Positions 21,302 to 32,267 are shown, numbered from the stretch's first letter. The stretch: 64,000 nucleotides of DNA from an uncultured cyanobacterium (GCA_963718615.1 OY970368.1:1024001-1088000); one strand, 5' to 3'. Made by a program: numbers and translations. Notes: generated by a model from the sequence alone, not told the origin.

Positions 21302-24300
21302 ATGGCATTCGATACAAACCAACCGGCTCAAATAAGTGGGCTAAATGGCTATACTGTCAACCCGATTGTGACGATTGGTGACACGATCGGCGACTACACC
21401 CCGCCAGGGATTCCTGATGGCGTCGGGGCTTATGAATTGGATGACAATACCGTTCGAATTCTGGTTAACCACGAACTGGGTGCAACCAGTGGTTATGCCT
21501 ATTCCTTGGCTAACGGCACAGAATTAGCCGGGGCGCGGGTTAGCTATTTTGATATTGACAAATCGAGTCGAACTGTAGTAGCAGCGGGTCCAGCCTACGA
21601 CACGATTATCAATCGCCAGGGCGAAGGGGTTGATGAAGCTTCAGATTTAGAATTTGGTGGCATTCAACGCTTGTGCTCGGCCCAATATGTACCCGCCCAT
21701 CAATTTGGTGAGGGCATGGGTCTGGTGGATGGGCTTTTCTTCACGGGCGAAGAAACCGCTGGAGGAACGGAATACGTCGTTGACCCGGCAACCCAAACGC
21801 TCTACGCCGTGCCCTGGATGGGACGAGCGGCTTGGGAAAGCGTCACTGAGCTCAATACAGGATCGAGCGACACCGTGGCACTGCTCGCTGGAGATGACCG
21901 AGCAGGTGCTCCCCTGTTGCTGTACATCGGTGAGAAAAATGCCCAGGGAGATGGCAGTCTGCTCGATCGCAATGGACTTGCCCAAGGCAAGCTCTATGTC
22001 TGGGTTTCAGCCAATGGAGACCTTGATCCCAGTCAGTTTAACGGCACCGGCCAAAACCGCGATGGGCGATTTGTTGAAATTGACTTCTACCGGCCAGACT
22101 TGGCCAGTGCCGATGGCTCGTCGGGGTACGATGCCCAGGGCTTTGCCACCCAAGCCCAGCAGGATGTCCTATCCGCAGCGGTGGGAGCGTTCAAGTTTTC
22201 TCGACCGGAGGATGTTAGCACTAACCCAACCAATGGCACCCAGGCTGCTTTGAACTCGACGGGTCGGGGTCAACTCTTTGGCGGAGCCGATACCTGGGGA
22301 ACGACCTATCGCATTGACGTGGACTTCAGCGACCTGAGCAATATTGGAGCCAACATTGACGTCTTATATGACGCGGATGATGCGGGAGCGGGCCAATTTG
22401 CAGGGCCAGACTACGGCTTACGCAGTGCGGACAACATGGACTGGGCCGATGATGGCTATCTGTATCTGCAAGAGGACCGCTCCACTAGTCCCGAAACCTT
22501 GTTTGGGGAAACCTCGGGGGAGGAGGCTTCAATTTGGCGTTTGGATCCCAGCACGGGCAAACTGACTCGCATTGCCCAGATGAACCGCGATACAGGCGTT
22601 CCGACGGGGCAAACCGATGGGGCGATCGGCGAGATCGGCAACTGGGAATCCTCTGGCATTCTGGATGTTTCGATACTGTTTGATGCGGCACCGGGAAGCT
22701 TGTTGATTGCGACAACCCAGGCCCACAGTTTGGTGGATGGGGCGATCGCCGACCAAGGATTAGTCGAAGGCGGCCAAATCTACTTCCTCTCCGGCCCCGC
22801 CACCCTAGAAGGCTATGCGTCACTGCCCGCAGATACCTTTGCGGAAGGTCCCCCGACGGGCGAAGGCATTTCTGGCAATGGCCGGACCGGTCCCTTTGAA
22901 GGACCTCCGGTGCAGGGCTTTAGTGGTGTGCAGTTTGCCCCCGGTGGTGACGGCAGCAACTACTGGTTCCTTTCGGATAACGGCTTTGGTGCCCAGACCA
23001 ATAGTGCTGACTATCTGCTGCGCCTCTATCAGGCCGATCCCAATTTTGCGGGGTCTGAAAATGGCGATGGTTCCGTTGAGATCCAGGGCTTTGTGCAACT
23101 GAGCGATCCTAATAATCTAGTTCCCTTCGATATTCAGAACGGCGCGACCGCCGAGCGGAATCTGACCGGTGCCGACTTCGACATCGAATCCTTCGTGATT
23201 GATGGCAAAGGCGACATCTGGGTCGGTGAAGAATTTGGCCCCTATGTGCTTCACTTTGACAGCACGGGCAAACTGCTGGAAGCACCCATTCCCACGCCAA
23301 ATCTCGCTAATCTCAACACCCTTAATGGTCAAGCTCCGGTTGTAATTGGTCACCGAGGAGCGAGCGGTAGCCGTCCGGAACATACCTTGGCTTCCTATGA
23401 GTTGGCGATCGAACTGGGTGCCGACTTCATCGAGCCGGACCTCGTGGTGACCAAGGACGGTGTCTTGGTTGCCCGCCACGAAAACGAAATCTCCGGCACG
23501 ACAGATGTGGCAGATCATCCTGAGTTTGCCGATCGCCAAACCACAAAGGTGGTTGATGGTACATCCCTCACAGGCTGGTTCGTCGAAGATTTCACCCTGG
23601 CTGAACTGAAAACGCTACGGGCAAAGGAACGGATTCCCGGCACCCGCCCCGACAATACCCAGTATGACGGTCAGTTTGAGATTCCCACTCTAACGGAAGT
23701 CATTGACCTGGTGAAATCCGTTGAAGCAGCAACCGGCAAGACAATCGGCATCTACCCTGAAACCAAGCATCCTACATTCTTGGCGAAGGAAGGCGCTTAT
23801 CTGGACGGTACACCGATCAATCAGGACACCAGCCAGCTTTTGGTGGATACGCTGATCGCCGAAGGGTTTACCGACCCCAGTCGCATCTTCATCCAGTCCT
23901 TTGAAGTTCAAAACCTGATCGAAATTCAGACCCGTCTGGATGCGGAAGGCTTAGGCGACATTCCCCTGGTGCAGCTCTACGGCGACACCACAACGGCGGC
24001 AGACCCGACCGATCCCTTCTCCTTCCCCTACGACATTCGCTATAACGTCGCCCAGGGCAATGACCTAGTTGCTATCTACGGTCAAGATTTCCTTGATGCG
24101 GCAGAAAATCCGCTGTCAGCTGACACGGTCTACGGCGATTTAGACAATGCCACAATTCTGCAAGTCATTAGTGACCAGTATGCCGAGGGCGCAGGTCCCT
24201 GGAAGAACAACTTCTTGCTGCGGGAATCGATTGATCCCAAAGTCGATGGCAACGGCGATGGCAAGGCCGAAATCGGCTCCCAGCTCACGGGCGAAGTCAC

Positions 24301-27247
24301 CTCCTTTGTGGAGGATGCCCATGCCGCTGGGTTGCAGGTGCATCCGTACACGCTGCGGGCCGAGGAAGGTTTCCTGACGCTGAATGCCGAGGGTACGCCG
24401 CAGACCCTGGCTGATGAGATTGTGCAACTGACCCAAATTGGCGTTGATGGTTTCTTCACGGACTTTCCTGGGATTGGGGATGAAGTGCGCGATCGCCTCG
24501 TCGATGATTTCGTCCGCGCCCCACAAAACCCCACGGTTCAGTCGGGTGAAGCGGTAAGCAACCTAGGTGGGTCCAAAGGTTACGAAGGCATGGCCTTTAG
24601 CCCCGATCGCCAGACGTTGTATCCACTCCTAGAAGGCACGGTGTTCGGCGACCCTGCGGGGTCCCTACGCATCTATGAATTTGATACGACCACGAGCGTC
24701 TTCGAAGCACTGGTCGGTCTTTATCAGATGGATGCACCGGACCATGCGATCGGCGATTTCACCCCGGTTAACGACCATGAATTCCTCATCATTGAACGGG
24801 ACGGCGGCCAGGGAGAGACCGCTGAGTTCAAGAAGATCTTCAAGATTGATATCTCAGCTGTCAACGACAGCGGTTTTGTCAAAAAAGAAGAACTGGTGGA
24901 TCTACTCAACATCAGCGACCCCAGCGATCTCAACGGTGATGGCAGCACAACCTACGCCATGCCCTTTGTCACGATCGAAAACGTCTTGGTCCTGGATGAA
25001 GATACGATTTTGGTTGCCAACGACAACAACTATCCCTTCTCCGTGGGTCGTCCTCCGGCCATCGACAATAACGAGATTGTTCAAATCAAGCTGAACCAGC
25101 CCCTGGATCTGGATCCACGCCTAGGCGTTGCAGGGTTGAACAACGTGGGTACAGCGGGTCAGCCCTTTGACACCAGCGCTCCGGCTCAGATGCAGGGCCT
25201 CAATGGCTACACAGTTGATCCCCTCTTCACCGTGGGTGAAACCTATGGCGGTTTTACTCCCACCGGTATCTTTGATGGTTTAGGAGCCTTTGCCCTCGAC
25301 GATGATACGGTTCGTGTCTACGCCAACAGCGAACTGGGGGCTAGCACAGGTTATGCCTATGAGCTGGCTAGCGGTGCAGCGTTGACTGGCGGTCGGGTGA
25401 GCTACTTCGATATCGATAAGGATAGCCTTGCAATTGTCGATGCGGGCTTGGCCTACGATACGATTATCAACCGGGCCGGTGAGGTCGTGGATGAAGCCTC
25501 TGATCTGGAATTTGAGGGTATCGATCGCCTCTGCTCCGCCCAGTACATCGAAGCATACCAGTTTGGCAATGGCATCGGTCTTGAAGATGCGCTCTTCTTC
25601 ACCGGAGAAGAAACCGATGGCGGCACCGAGTTTGTCCTTGATCCAGATACAAACACTCTCTACGCAGTGCCCTGGATGGGTCGTGCGGCCTGGGAAAGTG
25701 TCACCGAACTCAACACCGGTACCACGGATAAAGTTGCTTTGCTGATTGGTGACGATCGGGGTGGTGCTCCGCTCCTGCTCTACATCGGTGAAAAGCAAGC
25801 GGGGGGTAATCTGCTGGAACGCAATGGTCTGGCGGCGGGTAGGCTCTACGTCTGGGCTGCGGATAGCGGTGAGCTCAGTCCCGAAGAATTTAACGGTACC
25901 GGTGAAGACCGCAATGGGACTTGGAACGCGATCGACTACTATCGCCCCGACTTGGCAGGTAACGGTCAGTACGATGCGCTAGGCTTTGCAACCCAGGAAC
26001 ACCAAGACGCTCTGGCGGAAGCCGCAGGTGCGTTCAAATTTTCCCGTCCTGAGGATGTTGCCACCAATCCCGAGGATGGAACCCAAGCGGTGCTGGCTTC
26101 CACGGGACGCGACAGTCTCTTCCCTTCTGATGCTTGGGGGACCACCTACCTGATCGACACCGAATTTGGGGCGGACGGCACACCTGTTGCGGCCAATGTC
26201 AAGGCCATTTACGACGGTGATGATGCTGGAGCTGGTCAGTTTGCTGGACCCGATTACGGCTTGCGTAGCCCAGATAATCTGGATTGGGCCGACAATGGTT
26301 TGATCTACATCCAGGAAGACCGCTCCATCGATTCCTTTGGCGAGGTTTCCGGCGAAGAAGCCTCGATCTGGACTTTAGATCCGGCCACTGGCAAATTGAC
26401 CCGTGTGGCGCAGATGGATCGTTCGGCAGTGCCTGCGGGCCAGAGCGACCCCAGCCCCACGGATATTGGCAACTGGGAATCCTCCGGCATTATTGATGTC
26501 TCGGGTCTGTTTGACAAAGCACCGGGTAGTCTCTTTCTCTTCGGTACCCAAGCCCACAGCCTGCGCGATGGTGTCATCGCCAGCGAGAATCTGGTTCAGG
26601 GGGGACAGTTATCCTTTCTCGTTGCTCCTACAAGTTCTGATAGTTCTGGTGGTGGCGGGAGTCAGAATCTCATAAAGCCTCTAGTTTTATCGGGAACTGT
26701 GGCTTCAGAGACCCTGTTTGGCGGCGAGGGGAATGACATCCTCTATGGCAACGGAGGGGGCGATCGCCTCATCGGCAATGGGGGAGATGACATCCTCTAC
26801 GGCGAACCCGGTGCAGATACCCTCATCGGTGGTGCAGGCAACGATATCCTCTACGGCAACGGCGGTGAAGACCGACTGATTGGCGATGGCGGCAACGACA
26901 TCCTCTACGGCGAAGCGTCATCAGAAATCATCATCGGGGGTACCGGCAATGACACGATCTATGGCAATGGTGGTGGGGACTACATTGATCCCGGCACTGG
27001 CCTAGATTGGGTGTGGGTCGGCCAAGCGGGTGGAGCCACTGTGGTTCTCCATGAAGGCGAAGGATATGTCACCGTGGTGGGCTTCAAAGCCGGGACGACC
27101 CAGTTTGCCCTGGGTTCCAGTCAGCTTCAACCCAGTGATTTAACCTTTGGCCAAGAGGGCAGCCATGCTCGTATTCTCCATGGTTCTGATTTACTGGCTG
27201 TTGTTGAGTGGACGTCTCCTCAGACCGTGAGCAGTGCTTTTGCATAA
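21302..27247 (+). CDS. Giant multidomain phosphatase: PhoX-like, phytase-like with inserted GDPD, second PhoX-like, RTX repeats
   Basis: Two homologous blocks (RLCSA, GRAAWE, FSRPEDV, WESSGI); phytase-like LSDNGFG, EEFGPY, NDNNYP; GDPD HRGASG/PEHTL/IEPDLV/YPETKHP; GGxGxD nonapeptide repeats. Confidence 0.88.
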   Translation: MAFDTNQPAQISGLNGYTVNPIVTIGDTIGDYTPPGIPDGVGAYELDDNTVRILVNHELGATSGYAYSLANGTELAGARVSYFDIDKSSRTVVAAGPAYDTIINRQGEGVDEASDLEFGGIQRLCSAQYVPAHQFGEGMGLVDGLFFTGEETAGGTEYVVDPATQTLYAVPWMGRAAWESVTELNTGSSDTVALLAGDDRAGAPLLLYIGEKNAQGDGSLLDRNGLAQGKLYVWVSANGDLDPSQFNGTGQNRDGRFVEIDFYRPDLASADGSSGYDAQGFATQAQQDVLSAAVGAFKFSRPEDVSTNPTNGTQAALNSTGRGQLFGGADTWGTTYRIDVDFSDLSNIGANIDVLYDADDAGAGQFAGPDYGLRSADNMDWADDGYLYLQEDRSTSPETLFGETSGEEASIWRLDPSTGKLTRIAQMNRDTGVPTGQTDGAIGEIGNWESSGILDVSILFDAAPGSLLIATTQAHSLVDGAIADQGLVEGGQIYFLSGPATLEGYASLPADTFAEGPPTGEGISGNGRTGPFEGPPVQGFSGVQFAPGGDGSNYWFLSDNGFGAQTNSADYLLRLYQADPNFAGSENGDGSVEIQGFVQLSDPNNLVPFDIQNGATAERNLTGADFDIESFVIDGKGDIWVGEEFGPYVLHFDSTGKLLEAPIPTPNLANLNTLNGQAPVVIGHRGASGSRPEHTLASYELAIELGADFIEPDLVVTKDGVLVARHENEISGTTDVADHPEFADRQTTKVVDGTSLTGWFVEDFTLAELKTLRAKERIPGTRPDNTQYDGQFEIPTLTEVIDLVKSVEAATGKTIGIYPETKHPTFLAKEGAYLDGTPINQDTSQLLVDTLIAEGFTDPSRIFIQSFEVQNLIEIQTRLDAEGLGDIPLVQLYGDTTTAADPTDPFSFPYDIRYNVAQGNDLVAIYGQDFLDAAENPLSADTVYGDLDNATILQVISDQYAEGAGPWKNNFLLRESIDPKVDGNGDGKAEIGSQLTGEVTSFVEDAHAAGLQVHPYTLRAEEGFLTLNAEGTPQTLADEIVQLTQIGVDGFFTDFPGIGDEVRDRLVDDFVRAPQNPTVQSGEAVSNLGGSKGYEGMAFSPDRQTLYPLLEGTVFGDPAGSLRIYEFDTTTSVFEALVGLYQMDAPDHAIGDFTPVNDHEFLIIERDGGQGETAEFKKIFKIDISAVNDSGFVKKEELVDLLNISDPSDLNGDGSTTYAMPFVTIENVLVLDEDTILVANDNNYPFSVGRPPAIDNNEIVQIKLNQPLDLDPRLGVAGLNNVGTAGQPFDTSAPAQMQGLNGYTVDPLFTVGETYGGFTPTGIFDGLGAFALDDDTVRVYANSELGASTGYAYELASGAALTGGRVSYFDIDKDSLAIVDAGLAYDTIINRAGEVVDEASDLEFEGIDRLCSAQYIEAYQFGNGIGLEDALFFTGEETDGGTEFVLDPDTNTLYAVPWMGRAAWESVTELNTGTTDKVALLIGDDRGGAPLLLYIGEKQAGGNLLERNGLAAGRLYVWAADSGELSPEEFNGTGEDRNGTWNAIDYYRPDLAGNGQYDALGFATQEHQDALAEAAGAFKFSRPEDVATNPEDGTQAVLASTGRDSLFPSDAWGTTYLIDTEFGADGTPVAANVKAIYDGDDAGAGQFAGPDYGLRSPDNLDWADNGLIYIQEDRSIDSFGEVSGEEASIWTLDPATGKLTRVAQMDRSAVPAGQSDPSPTDIGNWESSGIIDVSGLFDKAPGSLFLFGTQAHSLRDGVIASENLVQGGQLSFLVAPTSSDSSGGGGSQNLIKPLVLSGTVASETLFGGEGNDILYGNGGGDRLIGNGGDDILYGEPGADTLIGGAGNDILYGNGGEDRLIGDGGNDILYGEASSEIIIGGTGNDTIYGNGGGDYIDPGTGLDWVWVGQAGGATVVLHEGEGYVTVVGFKAGTTQFALGSSQLQPSDLTFGQEGSHARILHGSDLLAVVEWTSPQTVSSAFA

Positions 27248-27290
27248 ATTGCTTTGCATAAATTGCTTTGCATAAATTGCTTTGCATAAA
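27238..27290 (+). repeat. 14-bp tandem repeat TTTGCATAAATTGC, about 4 copies, overlapping the stop codon
   Basis: Read directly from the sequence. Confidence 0.9.
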
Positions 27291-27302
27291 TCGCCTAATC
27301 TC

Positions 27303-27354
27303 GCCCCCAATACGCCTCAATCCTCTTTCGTTGGACAGGTGTTTGGGGGCTTTT
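27303..27354 (+). terminator. Long-stem Rho-independent terminator candidate
   Basis: GCCCCCAA...TTGGGGGC followed by TTTT after the phosphatase gene. Confidence 0.55.
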
Positions 27355-27442
27355 CTATCAGTTTTTAGGTTTAATGCTGCGATCGCCCCATCCCGGTCCC
27401 AAAGCTTGCTATGGTAAACAGCAGAAGAGTTCTAACATTAGG

Positions 27443-28708
27443 ATGCAAATTCCCTTACATCAGCAAACTCTATCCTTGGATCATGCTGCGTTTTCAAAGA
27501 TTTTGAGTAAAACCAGAAACTTACTCGTGATTCAAGATTTGGATGGCGTTTGTATGGAATTAGTCAATGATCCATTAGATCGAATCATCGACCTCAACTA
27601 TCTTCAGGCCACGCAAATATTTGCACAGCACTTTTATGTGCTTACAAACGGTGAACATATTGGAAAACGCGGCGTCAATAGAATTGTCGATCGTCTTTAT
27701 CATAGTATTCAATCCCAGGAGAATCCAGCGCCCAAACCGTCTTATCTCCCAGGCTTAGCGGCTGGCGGCGTGCAATGGCAAGAACGGGATGGAGAGGTAT
27801 GCCATCCAGGGGTTAGTGATGCCGAATTAAATTTTTTAGCAGCCGTTCCCGACCGCATCCGGATGTGGATTCATAAGTTCTTTCGCGATCGCCCCCAGCC
27901 CCCCAACCTCGAACCTGCCATCGAAGCCTCAGTTTTAGACAACATCGCCTCGCCCACCGCCAATCTCAATACGTTCTATCAAATCCTTGAAGGCGATACG
28001 AAAACCTATATCGCCCTACAACAATCCATACAGCAACTGATGAATTCGCTCTTAGCTGATGCCAAGCAGCAAGGTTTAGCGGATTCATTTTTTGTGCATT
28101 ATGCGCCTAATTTGGGCAAAGATGAGCAAGGTCAAGAAGTGCTTTGGTTCAGCCAGTTGGGGGAGTCAGGAACGACTGATTTTCAGTTTATGCTGCGAGG
28201 GGCGATCAAAGAAGCCGGAGTTTTAGCCTTGCTCAATCGCTATTACCGAACTCACTTTGGAACCTATCCCTTGGGAGAATGCTTTAACGTTCGTCAAGCT
28301 CCCCATTCGGTGGAAGTCTTGGCTCAGTTAGCTCAAACTCATTTTGATCCAGCATTGATGCCTTGCATCATTGGCGTGGGTGATACGGTTACGAGCCAAA
28401 CTCAGGTTTTGGAGGAACAAACGGTGATCCGACGAGGGGGGAGCGATCGCAATTTTCTCCAACTTATTCAAACCCTTGGGCAAACCTTTAATACCGAAAA
28501 TCTAGTGGTTTATGTGGATAGCAGCGGCGGAGAACTCAAAAACCGTAAGCCTCTAAAACTCGAAACCCGAAAGGGTTCTCCAGTGGTGATTGAGGGACCG
28601 GGCGATCGCGACGATCCTCTCCAGATTAATGTTGCCTTTCCCGGTGGACATCACGAATATTGTCAGTGCTTTCAAAGGGCCGCAAGCCTCCGTCAGACAG
28701 AGCTCTAA
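27443..28708 (+). CDS. stpA: Glucosylglycerol-phosphate phosphatase (salt tolerance)
   Basis: IQDLDGVCMELV, VLTNGEH, YLPGLAAGGVQWQ, GTTDFQFML, GVGDTVTS, RRGGSDR. Likely start 27443. Confidence 0.9.
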   Translation: MQIPLHQQTLSLDHAAFSKILSKTRNLLVIQDLDGVCMELVNDPLDRIIDLNYLQATQIFAQHFYVLTNGEHIGKRGVNRIVDRLYHSIQSQENPAPKPSYLPGLAAGGVQWQERDGEVCHPGVSDAELNFLAAVPDRIRMWIHKFFRDRPQPPNLEPAIEASVLDNIASPTANLNTFYQILEGDTKTYIALQQSIQQLMNSLLADAKQQGLADSFFVHYAPNLGKDEQGQEVLWFSQLGESGTTDFQFMLRGAIKEAGVLALLNRYYRTHFGTYPLGECFNVRQAPHSVEVLAQLAQTHFDPALMPCIIGVGDTVTSQTQVLEEQTVIRRGGSDRNFLQLIQTLGQTFNTENLVVYVDSSGGELKNRKPLKLETRKGSPVVIEGPGDRDDPLQINVAFPGGHHEYCQCFQRAASLRQTEL

Positions 28709-28719
28709 CCCACAGAGCT

Positions 28720-29571
28720 CTAACCGACTGCAATTTGAGCCGCTTGAAGTTGTTTTAAGAGCTGGAACGTTTCCTGATAGCCTCTTTCTAAACCCTGCTG
28801 CTTAAACCTATCCATGGCTTGTTGTAAATCGGCGATCGCCAAGTCAGGCCGATGGCTTACCCCATAGGCAATTCCTCGATCCCTATAGACTGCCGCCAAA
28901 CAATCTTGCAAGGGCTGTGGGCAATTGATCAAGGACTGGGTGTAGTCGGCGATCGCCGCTTCATAGTTTTCTAGGGCAAACTGGGCAAGACCACGATTGT
29001 AATAGGCTCGGTAATCTTTGGGTTGCTGCCACAAGAGTTGATCATAGTTTGCGATCGCATTGCCATAGTCAGCCAATCGATAATGGGCTAAACCTCGATT
29101 AAGATAGGCTTCTAAATTATTAGGATTAAATTGAAGGGCTTGGGTACAGTCGGCGATCGCTGCAACATAGTCTTCCAGTTGAATATAAGATAAGCAACGA
29201 TTACTATAGGCTGCCGCATTCTCAGAATGATTCTTTAAAAAGAGATCAAATGCATTTTTTGCTTTTATATACTGTTCTCGTTGATAGGCTTGAATACCTA
29301 AATCAAAGGCAGAGAATTCAACATCAAATGAGGTTGGAGTCTCTTTATTTTTAGCAGCAGAGTTAGCAATGGCATCAGATTGTACGATATTGGGCTGTGC
29401 AATCGCATCAAAAACTACCAGACAGTTAAATGAGATCAAATAAAGTGAAAGTGAAAGAAAAACATAGATAAGAATACTTCTGGTTCGCAAATTCATTGTA
29501 GCAATTCCTGTAACGTCAAGCAGTTCTTTTAGAAAAAACTGCCCTAAGATCTTAGAATTGTCAAAAGACAA
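28720..29571 (-). CDS. TPR-repeat protein with N-terminal TM/signal segment
   Basis: Repeated AYxNRG...YxxAIADY TPR units. Start uncertain. Confidence 0.85.
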   Translation of the reverse strand: MSFDNSKILGQFFLKELLDVTGIATMNLRTRSILIYVFLSLSLYLISFNCLVVFDAIAQPNIVQSDAIANSAAKNKETPTSFDVEFSAFDLGIQAYQREQYIKAKNAFDLFLKNHSENAAAYSNRCLSYIQLEDYVAAIADCTQALQFNPNNLEAYLNRGLAHYRLADYGNAIANYDQLLWQQPKDYRAYYNRGLAQFALENYEAAIADYTQSLINCPQPLQDCLAAVYRDRGIAYGVSHRPDLAIADLQQAMDRFKQQGLERGYQETFQLLKQLQAAQIAVG

Positions 29572-29868
29572 GTCGTAAAATTGACTGACTTGTCCACAAA
29601 ACTTAAACTTTCATGGATTTCAGTAAGACCGACATAAGTCTCTAAGCATGAACGAAGTTAATCTTAGAATTATTGTCGAAAAGAACTATCGTCCAATAAT
29701 GTCACTCAGATCATGAATTCCTAAAGGAACACGAATCCAGCTAATAGCTAAGAAAAATACAGTTCCCAAGAGTGGTAACCAATATCAACGACTTGGGTTA
29801 TTTCAATAGGGCATCTGGACATTATAAGAAGGATTTAACAAGTTGCATAGCAGATACTTAACATCAAA

Positions 29869-30378
29869 TTATAGATTTAGACCTCCCTTAACCGTTGCTG
29901 GAGCTGAGAATAGGACATACAAGACACCTGCACCCATTAAAACAACCACTAAGCTAAAAAGCACAACCCAACGGTTATTAGGCTGATAAGTACTATTCTC
30001 AATAGCCTGAAGAACACTAAAATAGTGCCAGGTGGACAGGAGCACAGTGATTAGACCAATCAAAACCAGAGCTAATCCCAACAGCCATCCTTGCCCAGTT
30101 CCCATAACCTGCGGGGAAACAAGATAACGCGATCGAGCAATTAGCACACCAAAACCAATGAGAGCAATGGCTGTCCGCATCCAAGCCAAATAAGTCCGTT
30201 CGTTTGCCAGATGGTCTCGGGTTCGCGACCCTGACTTTGGTAAGTGCTGCGAAGACAACATGGATAGTGAATTTAAATCACTAGGATTAATTGATCCTGA
30301 GCAATCGCTAAGTGATTCTTCAGGCAAAGGTAGAATTAGATCCGAAGGCTGAAAGAATTCATGCATAAAACTATCCAT
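29869..30378 (-). CDS. YidH/DUF202 family membrane protein
   Basis: RDHLANERTYLAWMRTAIALIGFG followed by further TM helices. Confidence 0.9.
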   Translation of the reverse strand: MDSFMHEFFQPSDLILPLPEESLSDCSGSINPSDLNSLSMLSSQHLPKSGSRTRDHLANERTYLAWMRTAIALIGFGVLIARSRYLVSPQVMGTGQGWLLGLALVLIGLITVLLSTWHYFSVLQAIENSTYQPNNRWVVLFSLVVVLMGAGVLYVLFSAPATVKGGLNL

Positions 30379-30734
30379 AAAAAGAGATTGACTAAAAGTT
30401 TCTCTACTCCAGTTCTTCTCAACCTAAAGCCCTTTGAATTAGCTTAACTGTTTTCTTATCCATAATTTTTTGAGCTATTCTCTGTACTATCTTCAGAAGA
30501 AGGGTAAGTAGGTTCACAGGTAAACAACCATTTTAAGACTAGCTGCTCAGACATCAGTTTATTTACTATGCTATTAGCAGCTGTAACATGAACTTCGGGG
30601 GAGGTAGCATATAACGAGAAACTAATCAATATTATTCTAAGAGTCATAAGTTACTGCAAGACTGGAACTAATGATTGACTTGAAAAAGCCAGATTTTCCT
30701 ATCTGACTTTAGATACTCGAAATAAAAAAAGTCG

Positions 30735-31700
30735 TCAAGCTTCTGGATCTCGGCCTACTTCAATAGGTAAATCTGCTTGAGCGGAGTATTCGGTCCAAGA
30801 GCCTTCATAAACACGAACTCTAGGATAGTTCAGTAAGTGCTTGAGAACAACATATTGTAAAGTCGCTTCTCGTCCAGTACTACAGCTTATCACAATATCA
30901 TCTTGAGGTTTAATGCCACGGCGGTTCACCAGAGCCTGAATTTGCTCCAATGGAAGCAGTTGGTGTAGGTTATCTTTGCCCACCGTCAGAGATTGCCAAG
31001 GAATATTCTTCGCACCAGGTATGTGACCATTACGAATGAAGACATCCTCTTCACCAGCAAAGAGAGAAGCAGGACGAGGATCAATCAGAACAAGATTACT
31101 CTTTTGGCTAACATGTTGGCGTATTTGCTGTAAGTCAACCCTTGTGTCCAAATTTTCGTTTACTGTGAAATCACCTAGGCTGTAAGATGGGTATTCTTTT
31201 GTTACTGGCAGTCCAGAAATTTTGTATCCTTTATAGCCACCATCTAAAACTGATACTCGTGAATGCCCACTACGCTCTAATAAATAGGCGATCATTGTTG
31301 CTCCTAAAACGTTTGCATCATCAGAATAAACAACAACATGGCTACCTTTGTTAACACCAGCTTGTTGAAAGAGAGACTGGATCTTCTGCTGGTCCCAATA
31401 TTGAATGGGTAGGCGTCCATTAGGCCCTCGAAACGTATTGTCGGCAATGTGAACGGCATTAGGGATGTGTCCATTAATATAATCAAGGGGGTTAATGCGC
31501 ACATCAAGAATTCTGACATTACGATCGTTGGCATGATTATTCAGCCATTCAGGAGCAACAAAGTCTAATTGAGAAATTTCTCTACTATTGGCAAGTTTTG
31601 GTGCTACAAAACCTGATAAGCCTAGAACAGCTATCAATGTCAGCAGAAATATAGCTAGCTGATTTTTCCGGCGATTAACTTCATAACTTAATACCAGCAT
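30735..31700 (-). CDS. Exported tandem-domain sulfurtransferase (rhodanese, RhdA-like)
   Basis: Signal peptide, GHIPNA, VLDGGY, GHIPGA, catalytic SCSTGRE, VYEGSWTEY. Confidence 0.9.
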   Translation of the reverse strand: MLVLSYEVNRRKNQLAIFLLTLIAVLGLSGFVAPKLANSREISQLDFVAPEWLNNHANDRNVRILDVRINPLDYINGHIPNAVHIADNTFRGPNGRLPIQYWDQQKIQSLFQQAGVNKGSHVVVYSDDANVLGATMIAYLLERSGHSRVSVLDGGYKGYKISGLPVTKEYPSYSLGDFTVNENLDTRVDLQQIRQHVSQKSNLVLIDPRPASLFAGEEDVFIRNGHIPGAKNIPWQSLTVGKDNLHQLLPLEQIQALVNRRGIKPQDDIVISCSTGREATLQYVVLKHLLNYPRVRVYEGSWTEYSAQADLPIEVGRDPEA

Positions 31701-31814
31701 TTCAATCTCCTTTGAATCTGCTTTTTTCAGATTTATTTACGCTCATCTGTATCACCCTTACAGAGCTCCATTCCCTCAGGATATCGATGTCACTTTCATT
31801 TCTAATAGATTATT

Positions 31815-32267
31815 TTAGAGTAGCATCGCTACTTGGTAAGTATCAAGCCAATGCCTATAAAACTGCTTAATGGGAGGATGATCTACAGTAAATCCATGAG
31901 CTTCAACTCGCTTAATAAATTGCTCAGCGGTCAATGACTGTTCGACGGCGATCGCCATCAAAACCAAAGCGATCGCTCGATAGCCTCCTCGGCAGTGAAC
32001 TAGTGCAGGTTTGGGTAGATGTATAAGAGTCTCTAAAGCAACATCAATTCCTTTAGTCTCAGTTACACTGATAGGAGAATGAGCATAGACCATTTTAAGC
32101 GATTCAATTAGTCGAGCTTCATAGAAATGTAATCTCAGTTCACTAGGTAACTGTAAATTCAAAATTGAACAGAAGCCATGAGCAGCAGCCCATTCAATTT
32201 GTCTTACTGAAAGTTCACCACCAATACTATAGTGTGAGTTTACCAAGCGAATACTCTTAGTAAGCAT
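31815..32267 (-). CDS. DUF442/PTP-like sulfur transferase domain protein
   Basis: GFCSILNL, HSPI, PKPALVHCRGGYRA (CX5R-like loop). Confidence 0.75.
   Translation of the reverse strand: MLTKSIRLVNSHYSIGGELSVRQIEWAAAHGFCSILNLQLPSELRLHFYEARLIESLKMVYAHSPISVTETKGIDVALETLIHLPKPALVHCRGGYRAIALVLMAIAVEQSLTAEQFIKRVEAHGFTVDHPPIKQFYRHWLDTYQVAMLL

Noticed and set aside
27300-29900. attL-type repeat of the tRNA-Lys 3' end at the left border of the sulfur block
   Set aside because: No copy of the tRNA 3' sequence was found by eye and no integrase is present, so the block is not called a mobile element.
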